This document shows positions 8,544-18,768 of a DNA stretch of 32,000 nt, piece by piece. Position 1 is the stretch's first letter; each line of letters starts with the position of its first letter. Made by a program: the position numbers and the translations under genes. Under the pieces are notes generated by a model. The model made no database searches, was not told the DNA's origin, and worked only from the letters and a program-made list of their open reading frames with translations. The stretch comes from Synechococcus sp. A15-28 (GTDB lineage: Bacteria; Cyanobacteriota; Cyanobacteriia; PCC-6307; Cyanobiaceae): positions 420,001 through 452,000 of the forward strand of contig NZ_CP047931.1 in NCBI RefSeq assembly GCF_014280175.1, in the 5' to 3' direction.

Positions 8544-9860
8544 TTAAATCCCCAGACGCTCCCAGATCACTCCGAGGTTGGCCTGGTGCAGTTCGGTGCT
8601 GAAGCACTCTGCCAACTGCTCAGCTGAAAGCTTGCTGGTGACGTCCGCATCAGCCTCAAGATTGGCGCGGAAGTTGCCGCCGTCAGTGTTCCAGGCAGTG
8701 TGAGCTTTGCGCTGCACGATCCGGTAGGCCTCCTCTCGGCTCATGCCAGTGTCCACTAGCGCCAGCAGCACCCGCTGGCTGAACACCACGCCGCCATACA
8801 CGTTCATGTTGCGGCGCATGTTGTCGGGGTAAACCCCCAGACCCTTCACCACGCTTGTCATCTCCCGCAGCATGAAGTGAAGGGCCACTGAGCAATCGGG
8901 CAGCATCATCCGTTCGGTGGAACTGTGGCTGATGTCGCGCTCATGCCAGAGGGCAACGTTTTCCAGTGCTGCCACCACGTAGCTGCGCAGCACCCGGGCC
9001 AGGCCGCTGATCCGTTCGCTGCGAATCGGGTTGCGCTTGTGGGGCATGGCCGAGCTGCCCTTCTGGCCCTTGGCGAAGTTCTCTTCCACCTCGAGCACAT
9101 CGGTGCGCTGCAGGTTGCGGATCTCCGTGGCGAATCGGTCGAGGGAGGCGCCCACCAGGGCCAGGGTCTGCACGTAATCGGCGTGGCGATCGCGGGAGAT
9201 CACCTGGGTGCTGGCGGTGTCAGGCGTGAGGCCAAGGATTTCGCAGGTGATGGTTTCCACCTGGGGGTCGGTGTTGGCGTAGGTGCCCATGGCCCCACTG
9301 ATCTGACCGACGGCCACGTCCTGCTCCAGTCGCGCCAGGCGGCTGCGGTTGCGTTCGGTTTCCGCCAGCCAGCCGGCGATCTTGAAGCCGAAGGTGATCG
9401 GCTCGCCATGGATGGCATGGGAGCGGCCGATCATTTCCGTGCTCTTGTGCTCACGGGCGAGGCTGCGCAGGGCATCGGCCAGGGCATCCAGCTCTTGGCG
9501 CAGCAGGACCACGGAGCGCTTCAGTTGCAACGCCAGGCCGGTATCCAGCACATCGCTGCTGGTCATGCCCACATGGATGTGACGGCCGGCATCGCCAACG
9601 TGTTCGTTGACGTTGGTTAGAAAGGCGATCACGTCGTGACGCACCTCGGCTTCGATTTCGAGGATGCGTTCCACCTCGAAGCTGGCTTTGGCCTTGATCG
9701 TGTCCAGGCTCTCCTGGGGCACGCGGCCGAGGCGGCAGTTGGCTTCTGTGGCGGCGATTTCCACATCCAGCCAACTCTGAAACTTCGCCTGCTCACTCCA
9801 GACGGCACCCATTACGGGCAGGGTGTAACGCTCGATCACCGGCGCGCTCGGTTGGAACAA
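8544..9860 (-). CDS. purB: Adenylosuccinate lyase (start may be the GTG a few codons downstream, VIERYTLP)
   Basis: VIERYTLPVMGAVWSEQAKFQSWLDVE, HVGMTSSDVLDT, fumarase/ASL signature GSSAMPHKRNP. Confidence 0.96.
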   Translation of the reverse strand: MFQPSAPVIERYTLPVMGAVWSEQAKFQSWLDVEIAATEANCRLGRVPQESLDTIKAKASFEVERILEIEAEVRHDVIAFLTNVNEHVGDAGRHIHVGMTSSDVLDTGLALQLKRSVVLLRQELDALADALRSLAREHKSTEMIGRSHAIHGEPITFGFKIAGWLAETERNRSRLARLEQDVAVGQISGAMGTYANTDPQVETITCEILGLTPDTASTQVISRDRHADYVQTLALVGASLDRFATEIRNLQRTDVLEVEENFAKGQKGSSAMPHKRNPIRSERISGLARVLRSYVVAALENVALWHERDISHSSTERMMLPDCSVALHFMLREMTSVVKGLGVYPDNMRRNMNVYGGVVFSQRVLLALVDTGMSREEAYRIVQRKAHTAWNTDGGNFRANLEADADVTSKLSAEQLAECFSTELHQANLGVIWERLGI

Positions 9861-10709
9861 CCGCTCAACTCTATGAATCCGTTGGTCCCTATAAGCACCT
9901 CTGGGGCGGGTGACTAAGGAGTATCAGTGAAGCTGTCGGACAGAAGGCTAAGAATCTGTTGTTTGACGAAGCAAAGCGCTTAGCACCAATGAGTAGTGTC
10001 ATCAATAATGTTGTCAAAGGCAAGCTTTTCGACTTTGTTGAATGGCACATATCTAGTTCAGAGGCATTCATTAGCGGTTTGACTTGTCAATCTTGAATGA
10101 GTTGGCATTGATTTGTTTTCGAGTGTGGATGTAATGGATCATGGTTTCAATTACTGCCGAGACGGTGTGGCTCTTCGTCTTCTTGGTGAATAGTGATTCC
10201 TGTTGATATTCCCTAAGATTTGAGACAGTGTGGGCACACGCTGCAGCTACATTTTGCGAGCCAATTGACGCAAGATGTTGCTTTTTGTATTTGTGCTCAC
10301 GTGAAAATTCTCTGCCCGATGCGAAAGAGCTGTCTTGTTTGTTTGGTGGGGATCGGGCTTCTTCCTGAAATTATTTTGCTGTAGGAGTCAGTTCCAACTT
10401 TTCCGCATATGCAATCCTGCCTCAGAGTGCCAATCTTTTAATAGGAGGGGCGCTTGAGGTGTCTGTAATTAATTTTTGCTCTTAAGCACAGAGTGATTAA
10501 TGTGAAGACAAGGCAATGAAGTGGTTGTCATTGATAGGCAGTATTCAGGCATACTGCTTGATTTTTCAGGTGCTTCTGATGTCGGCAGACATAAATTGCC
10601 TGGGAATCAGATTGGCGATGGACCCTTGGATCGCAAAATATAAATGAGATTGTCGACGGACTTTGTTCAACGGGCCCATCCAAGATTTGAAGGTCTGCTG
10701 CTGAGCAAA

Positions 10710-11135
<426 letters not shown>

Positions 11136-11170
11136 TTAAGGTCTGTCTTGAGCGAGGACCTGTTCAACCT

Positions 11171-11560
11171 TTGACCCAGACGCCACAGTACGGCGAACGT
11201 GCGATCGCCGAAGCCGAGCTGATCTGCTTCGATAATCCCAGGCCTGGCCGGCCCTACGAGGTGTCGATCGAGCTGCCGGAGTTCACCTGCAAGTGCCCCT
11301 TCTCGGGCTACCCCGATTTCGCGGTGCTGCGCTTGATCTATCAGCCTGGTCCCCGGGTGGTGGAGCTCAAGGCCATCAAGCTCTACATCAACAGCTTCCG
11401 CGATCAGTCGATCTCCCATGAGGAGGTGACCAACCGGATCCTGGATGACCTGGTGGCGGCCACCGATCCGGTGTGGATGCAGCTGGAGGCTGATTTCAAC
11501 CCCCGCGGCAATGTCCACACGGTGGTGCGGGTCAGTCATGGGGCGCGTCAGGCCTGTTGA
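11171..11560 (+). CDS. queF: NADPH-dependent 7-cyano-7-deazaguanine reductase (preQ1 synthase), TTG start
   Basis: [61 protein letters not shown], the QueF signature with catalytic Cys. Confidence 0.94.
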   Translation: MTQTPQYGERAIAEAELICFDNPRPGRPYEVSIELPEFTCKCPFSGYPDFAVLRLIYQPGPRVVELKAIKLYINSFRDQSISHEEVTNRILDDLVAATDPVWMQLEADFNPRGNVHTVVRVSHGARQAC

Positions 11561-11615
11561 GGGCCAGGGCTCTGTCAACCTCGATGTCCTCTCCCGATTG
11601 AAAAAATCAAGTTCT

Positions 11616-13563
<1,948 letters not shown>

Positions 13564-13653
13564 CGCCTGCTCGAGAAGCGCCTCGCTGGATTGGGCCAGA
13601 TCCGACAGCAGCAGCAGGGGGTCCAGTGGTGGCCATGTGTGAGTTGGAGCAGC

Positions 13654-14886
13654 CTATCGAGACTTCCGCGCCCGCCCGCCGATCAGACCGGTGGATTCCA
13701 GCGAGCAGCGCACCAGCAGCCCCAGGATCACCAGGCTGGACATCAACGAGTTGCCGCCGTAGCTCACCAGCGGCAGCGGCAGGCCAGTGGTGGGCATGGC
13801 GCCGGAGGCGACGGCGATGTTGAGGATCGACTGGCCCACCAGGATCGTGCAGCAGCCGATCGCCACCAGCTTGGTCTGGTTGCAGCGGCAGCGCAGAGCC
13901 ACCCGCAGGCCCACCCAGGCCACCAGCATCAGGAACAGCAGCAGCAGCAGCGAGCCCACAAATCCGAATTCCTCGGCGAACACCGCATAGATGAAGTCCG
14001 TGCTCTGAATCGGCAGGTATTGCAGCTTCTGGGTGGAGAGGCCATAGCCCTGGCCGGTCAGGCCACCGGAGCCGATGGCCAGCAGGCTCTGCACCAGCTG
14101 GTAGCCGTCTCCCATCGGATCAGCCCAGGGGTCGAGGAAGGACACCACCCGCAGCCGCTGGTACTCGTTGATCAGGATGCTGGCGGTGCCCAGGGCTCCA
14201 CCGGCGATGGCTGTGCCCAGCAGGCTGCGCCAGCGGATCCCTGAAGCAAGTGCCACCATCCACAAGGTCAGGCCGATCAGGGCGGCGGTGGAGAGGTTGG
14301 GCTGTTTGAGGATCAGCAGCAGCAACCCGCCGAAGCTGCCCAGCCACAGCAGCTTCTGATCCAGTCGCATGCGGCACCAGGGGGCGAACAGGTTGGCGGC
14401 CTGCAGCACTACAAACGGTTTCACCAGCTCGGACGGCTGGATCTGCAGCGGCCCCAGCACCAGCCAGCGACTGGCCCCGTTCACCGTGGTGCCCATCACC
14501 AGGGTGGCGGCAATCAGCAGGCAGCCCCCCCACAGGGCCGGGCCCGCCCAGCGCAGGCAGCGCCTGAGGTTGGCCGTCACCGCCAAGCTGAACAGGCTCC
14601 AGCTCGCGATCATCCACACCGCCTGACGCTTCACATAAAAGGCCCCATCACCGATCTCGCGGGCGGCCACCCACCAACTGGCCGAAGCCAGCACCAGCAA
14701 TCCCGCCAAGCTCCAGAAGGCAGCCAGGCCCACCAGTAACCGGGCTTCCGCCGGCCAAAGGGGCCAGGGCAGAGGCATCAGCCGCTGCAGCAGCCCGGGC
14801 CGTTGCCGAACCCGTTCACGGGCGGTGCGGCGACGGGGGACAGTGGCGGTGACCAACGAGGGCTGTTGCAACATTCGATGCCCCAT
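13654..14886 (-). CDS. ftsW: FtsW/RodA/SpoVE family cell-division glycosyltransferase
   Basis: NGASRWLVLGPLQIQPSELVKPFVVL, QSTDFIYAVFAEEFGFVGSLLLLLLF-like segment, GLPLPLVSYGGNSLMSSLVILGLL. Confidence 0.93.
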   Translation of the reverse strand: MGHRMLQQPSLVTATVPRRRTARERVRQRPGLLQRLMPLPWPLWPAEARLLVGLAAFWSLAGLLVLASASWWVAAREIGDGAFYVKRQAVWMIASWSLFSLAVTANLRRCLRWAGPALWGGCLLIAATLVMGTTVNGASRWLVLGPLQIQPSELVKPFVVLQAANLFAPWCRMRLDQKLLWLGSFGGLLLLILKQPNLSTAALIGLTLWMVALASGIRWRSLLGTAIAGGALGTASILINEYQRLRVVSFLDPWADPMGDGYQLVQSLLAIGSGGLTGQGYGLSTQKLQYLPIQSTDFIYAVFAEEFGFVGSLLLLLFLMLVAWVGLRVALRCRCNQTKLVAIGCCTILVGQSILNIAVASGAMPTTGLPLPLVSYGGNSLMSSLVILGLLVRCSLESTGLIGGRARKSR

Positions 14887-14954
14887 TGAGCCGCGTTATT
14901 GACGTTTTGCCAAGCCGTTGGTTGTCAACAAATCAAGCCTTGAAGCCCTTGGCA

Positions 14955-15155
14955 TCAGGCGGCCCGCAGCCGTTCGTGCTCCACTTCCCATTGCACAAAT
15001 TGCCCCCAGGCCTGCTGACGCACCCAGCAGCGACCGCCGCGACATTGAATCAATTGAAATGGCGGCAAGTCGGCGGGTTGGTTGTCCAGGGTCACGAAGG
15101 TTCCCGGCCGCAGCAGCGGCACCACCTTGGCGGGTTTTGGGTGGTGATCAGACAC
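14955..15155 (-). CDS. Small hypothetical protein (66 aa)
   Basis: MSDHHPKPAKVVPLLRPGTFVTLDNQPADLPPFQLIQCRGGRCWVRQQAWGQFVQWEVEHERLRAA; soluble, plausible composition in a gap with no other gene. Confidence 0.5.
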   Translation of the reverse strand: MSDHHPKPAKVVPLLRPGTFVTLDNQPADLPPFQLIQCRGGRCWVRQQAWGQFVQWEVEHERLRAA

Positions 15156-15304
15156 GTCCAGGCGGTGGCTTGCAGCGATCCTCCCGGCGGATCAAGGGGC
15201 ACCGGATGGATCCCCGGTTTTCTTCGGGATCGGGGCGGTTTATGTGACGGAATGGCACAAATGCGCCCCGGCGGTGCGGAGCTGCTGACGTCATCGCGCC
15301 GGGT

Positions 15305-16240
15305 TTGCACACTTGGTGGCGAGCCAGACCCTCCGTTGTGGCGGCCACGATCTATCTGCACTGGACCGCCACTGGCTACGACTGGATCCGCCCCGGTCAC
15401 TACCACCGGATCATCGGCGGCGATGGCCGCGTGCATCGGCTGCATGCCCTCACGGCGGATTTGCTGGCCCACACCTGGCGGCGCAACAGCAACAGCGTTG
15501 CCCTGGCCTGCGCCTGCATGGGCGGTCAGCCCGACCCCTGGACCCAGCCGCCTACAGCGCCTCAGCTCCACAGCCTCTGCCTGGAGGTGGCGGCCATCGC
15601 CCGCAGCTGGGGCTGGAACGCTGATGACATCACGATCCAGTCAGTGATGACCCATGCGGAAGCCGCCTCCAACCGCGACGGCCGCTGGATGCATGACAAC
15701 TACGGACCGGTGATCTGGGGCGGCACCGGCGAGCGCTGGGATCTGCTGCAGCTGGAGCCCCATGGGCCCAGTGATGGCGGTGCGCAGTTGCGGCAACGCA
15801 TTGCAGCCTTGCTGTCTGCAGATGAGCCGGAGTCCTTTAAGAACGATCCGCTGGCCTTCCGTGGCATCACCAGCATCGAAGTCCGCGGTCAGGAGCTATC
15901 GGTGCAGATCGATGCCGATGGCCGCTCCTGGGGGCTGATGGCGGATCTGTTGCAGCGCTACGACCTTTCAGCCCACTGGGATGCCGATCAACGCCGTGTC
16001 TTGATCGCCGCTGCCGATGTGGCCCCCACCTACCGCGACGATGCCGTGCAGGCTGCTGTGGGCTGGCCCTTGGTGGAGATGGCTCTGCAGGGCGGTCAGT
16101 CCCCGGTGATCCTCACCGGCATCCTGCGCCCTTCTCTGGAGGGGGATCGCGCCTGGTGCCGCGTGCTGGAGTTCGCCGAGGAGTTTGGCATCAGCGTCAG
16201 CTTCGATCCGCTGGTCCTGGGGGAACGGCGCGGGGGCTGA
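15305..16240 (+). CDS. Putative N-acetylmuramoyl-L-alanine amidase / PGRP-like domain protein with C-terminal extension (start uncertain: TTG 15305 or a downstream GTG)
   Basis: TIYLHWTATGYDWIRPGHYHRIIGGDGRVHRL...TWRRNSNSVALACACMGG...SVMTHAEAA resembles Amidase_2 zinc-ligand motifs (HWTA..., H..., TH.E). Confidence 0.6.
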   Translation: MHTWWRARPSVVAATIYLHWTATGYDWIRPGHYHRIIGGDGRVHRLHALTADLLAHTWRRNSNSVALACACMGGQPDPWTQPPTAPQLHSLCLEVAAIARSWGWNADDITIQSVMTHAEAASNRDGRWMHDNYGPVIWGGTGERWDLLQLEPHGPSDGGAQLRQRIAALLSADEPESFKNDPLAFRGITSIEVRGQELSVQIDADGRSWGLMADLLQRYDLSAHWDADQRRVLIAAADVAPTYRDDAVQAAVGWPLVEMALQGGQSPVILTGILRPSLEGDRAWCRVLEFAEEFGISVSFDPLVLGERRGG

Positions 16241-16291
16241 GTCCTGGGATTGCCCCGTAGTGTGATGAATCGGGTCGTTGTTCCACACGGG

Positions 16292-17107
16292 ATGGCCGCG
16301 AAACAGCGTCTTGATTTGGAGCTGGTGAGCCGCGGGCTGGTGGCCTCGCGGCAGCAGGCGCAGCAACTGATCCGCGCCGGCAAGGTGCGCGACGGCGCCG
16401 GCACCCTTTTGGACAAGCCCGGCACTGAGGTGGCGGCGGCTCTGGAGTTGCGGGTGGAGCAGCCCCCCCGCTTCGTGTCGCGCGGCGGCGAGAAATTGCT
16501 GGCGGGCCTTCAGGCGTTTCCGATCGCCACTGAGGCACGCGTCTGCCTCGATGGCGGCATCTCCACCGGTGGCTTCACCGATTGCCTGCTCCAGCACGGC
16601 GCCGCCAGGGTCTATGGCGTGGATGTGGGTTACGGCCAGACCGCCTGGAGCCTGCGCACCGACGACCGGGTGGTGCTGCGGGAGCGCACCAACCTGCGCC
16701 ACCTGCAGCCAGAACAGCTCTATGGAACGGGCGATCCCTGGCCCAGCCTGGCGGTGACGGATGTGTCGTTCATCTCGCTGCGGCTAGTGCTGCCGGCGTT
16801 GCGACGCCTGCTGCAGCCTGCGGATGGCTTTTGCCCAGAGGCTCTGGTGTTGGTGAAACCCCAGTTTGAGGTGGGAAAAGACCGTGTCGGCAAGGGGGGT
16901 GTGGTGCGCGATCCGGCGGCCCACCGCGATGCCATTGACACGGTTGTGGCCTCTGCAGCGGAGCTGGGCTGGCACGCCCAGGGGATCGTCGCCTCACCGA
17001 TCACCGGCCCAGCCGGCAACCACGAGTACGTGCTCTGGTTGTCGGAACAGGAGCCGTCTGAACTGCCGGATCTGGATCGATTTGTGGCGACCACCTTGGC
17101 CAGTTGA
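16292..17107 (+). CDS. tlyA: TlyA family rRNA (cytidine-2'-O)-methyltransferase
   Basis: RLDLELVSRGLVASRQQAQQLIRAGKV (S4-like domain), PPRFVSRGGEKLLAGL, VCLDGGISTGGFTDCLLQHGAARVYGVDVGYGQ, KPQFEVG. ATG at 16292 is favoured over the ORF-track start at 16250. Confidence 0.93.
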   Translation: MAAKQRLDLELVSRGLVASRQQAQQLIRAGKVRDGAGTLLDKPGTEVAAALELRVEQPPRFVSRGGEKLLAGLQAFPIATEARVCLDGGISTGGFTDCLLQHGAARVYGVDVGYGQTAWSLRTDDRVVLRERTNLRHLQPEQLYGTGDPWPSLAVTDVSFISLRLVLPALRRLLQPADGFCPEALVLVKPQFEVGKDRVGKGGVVRDPAAHRDAIDTVVASAAELGWHAQGIVASPITGPAGNHEYVLWLSEQEPSELPDLDRFVATTLAS

Positions 17108-17114
17108 TGGACAA

Positions 17115-17144
17115 CAAAAAAGCCCGGCCGCTGGGACCGAGCTT
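17115..17144 (-). terminator. Intrinsic terminator downstream of apcC
   Basis: On the minus strand: AAGCTCGG-TCCCAGCGG-CCGGGCTT followed by a T-run; 8 bp stem including one G-T wobble. Confidence 0.7.
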
Positions 17145-17166
17145 CTTCGTTGATCGAGAGAATTGA

Positions 17167-17367
17167 TCAGTTGCCGACGTTGACCTGGCGGCCGCCGGTG
17201 CAGAGTTCCACCTTGATGATGCGGCCCCCTTGCTTCTGAATCCGCTGTTGCTCAGCGAACCAGCTGTCGTAGGGGACCCACTTGGTGAAAAAGGTGTTTT
17301 GCAATTCGCGCTGCGTCCGCACCTTTTCAGGACTGGGGATGCAAGCGGTGACTTTGAACAATCGCAT
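17167..17367 (-). CDS. apcC: Allophycocyanin-associated core linker (7.8 kDa)
   Basis: MRLFKVTACIPSPEKVRTQRELQNTFFTKWVPYDSWFAEQQRIQKQGGRIIKVELCTGGRQVNVGN. Confidence 0.97.
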   Translation of the reverse strand: MRLFKVTACIPSPEKVRTQRELQNTFFTKWVPYDSWFAEQQRIQKQGGRIIKVELCTGGRQVNVGN

Positions 17368-17372
17368 GGGCC

Positions 17373-17861
17373 TCAGTTGCCCAGGCCGGAGCAGATGTAG
17401 TCGAAGTACACGCCCATTTCCTTGCCGGCATCAGGGCCGACCAGACCAGCGGTGACTTCCTTCATGGCCTGGATGGCCTGCACGGTGGCGCCGATGGGCA
17501 CACCCAGGGAGTTGTAGGTCTCCTTGAGGCCGTTGAGGACACGCTCATCGAGGATGGAGGTGTCGCCGGCGAGCATGGCGTAGGTGGAATACCGCAGGTA
17601 GTAGTCCAGGTCGCGAATGCAGGCGGCGTAACGGCGGGTGGTGTACATGTTGCCGCCGGGACGGGTGATGTCCGAGTACAGCAGAGCCTTGGCCACGGCA
17701 TCACGAATGATGGCGGAGGCGTTGGCACTGATGGTGGCGGCGGCGCGCACCCGCAGCTCACCGCTGGCGAAGTACGACTCGAGGTTGCTCATCGAAGCCG
17801 TGTCCAGGTACAGACCCTGAACGTCGGACATGTTGATGACGTTGGTGATGGCGTCTTGCAT
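17373..17861 (-). CDS. apcB: Allophycocyanin beta subunit
   Basis: [48 protein letters not shown]...[16 protein letters not shown]. Confidence 0.98.
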   Translation of the reverse strand: MQDAITNVINMSDVQGLYLDTASMSNLESYFASGELRVRAAATISANASAIIRDAVAKALLYSDITRPGGNMYTTRRYAACIRDLDYYLRYSTYAMLAGDTSILDERVLNGLKETYNSLGVPIGATVQAIQAMKEVTAGLVGPDAGKEMGVYFDYICSGLGN

Positions 17862-17897
17862 GGATCCTTGGGAAGGCGTGAGGGGATGTCAGCGGGG

Positions 17898-18383
17898 TCA
17901 GGCGAGGGCGCCCACCACGTAGTCGAAGTATGTGCCGGCTTCAGCGGCGTCATCGCCGGTCAGCAGACCCATGGCGACGGTCTTCATCTCACGCACAGCC
18001 TCAGCCATGGCCTCGAGGGGGGTGCCCAGGGAGCGATAGAGCTCCTTGGCGCCGATCACGCCGATCTCTTCGATCGGGGTCACATCACCCGCGACGATGC
18101 CGTAAGTCACGAGGCGCAGGTAGTAATCCATGTCGCGCAGGCAGGTGGCGGTCATCTCTTCGCCGTAGGCGTTGCCGCCGGGAGAGATGACGTCAGGGCG
18201 CTTCTGAAACAGCTGGCCGCCGGCCTGCTTCACAATCCTCTCGCGGCTCTCGCACAGAACCTGGGCCACGCGTAGACGGCGTTGTCCGCCGGTCACGAAG
18301 GCTTTGATCTGGTCGAGTTCGCCAGGGCTGAGATAGCGGGCTTCGGCGTCCGCGTTGATGATCGAGTTGGAGACGATGCTCAT
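17898..18383 (-). CDS. apcA: Allophycocyanin alpha subunit
   Basis: [55 protein letters not shown]...[17 protein letters not shown]. Confidence 0.98.
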   Translation of the reverse strand: MSIVSNSIINADAEARYLSPGELDQIKAFVTGGQRRLRVAQVLCESRERIVKQAGGQLFQKRPDVISPGGNAYGEEMTATCLRDMDYYLRLVTYGIVAGDVTPIEEIGVIGAKELYRSLGTPLEAMAEAVREMKTVAMGLLTGDDAAEAGTYFDYVVGALA

Positions 18384-18693
18384 GCAGTTCTGCCTCGAAA
18401 CAAGCGGCCGCCCGTAGGAGACCGGTATCCGGTGAATAAGGGGTGATCCCGGGGGATCGCGTCTCAGACTAAAGGCTGGGACAGGGGGTCGAGCGTCGGG
18501 AGCGAAGCTTGTTCACAACGGTCAACACTGGTCGTTGTGGCGGCGTTCCCTTGCGTTCGGCTGACGCATCCTGCACCGGCATCGCCCCGAGGTTTTTGCC
18601 CGGGTAACAGTTCTTCACGGCCCTGGTGTCTTGGTCAGACCCATTGGTGCAGCTGCGATCTTCGGGAATAACCTGCTGCCGTTTCCATGCATC

Positions 18694-18728
18694 AAAAAAG
18701 CCCGGATGAAGGGACACTTCACCCGAGC
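18694..18728 (-). terminator. Strong intrinsic terminator downstream of apcE, between apcE and apcA
   Basis: On the minus strand: GCTCGGGTGAAG-TGTCC-CTTCATCCGGGC-TTTTTT; 12 bp uninterrupted stem (two G-T wobbles), 5 nt loop, six Ts. Confidence 0.85.
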
Positions 18729-18768
18729 AAATTGATAACAATCACCACCGGATTGGTGTTGCTGACTG

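Noticed and set aside
18469-18741. 90 aa minus-strand ORF between apcE and apcA
   Set aside because: It spans the strong terminator hairpin and has unremarkable composition; more likely non-coding leader.
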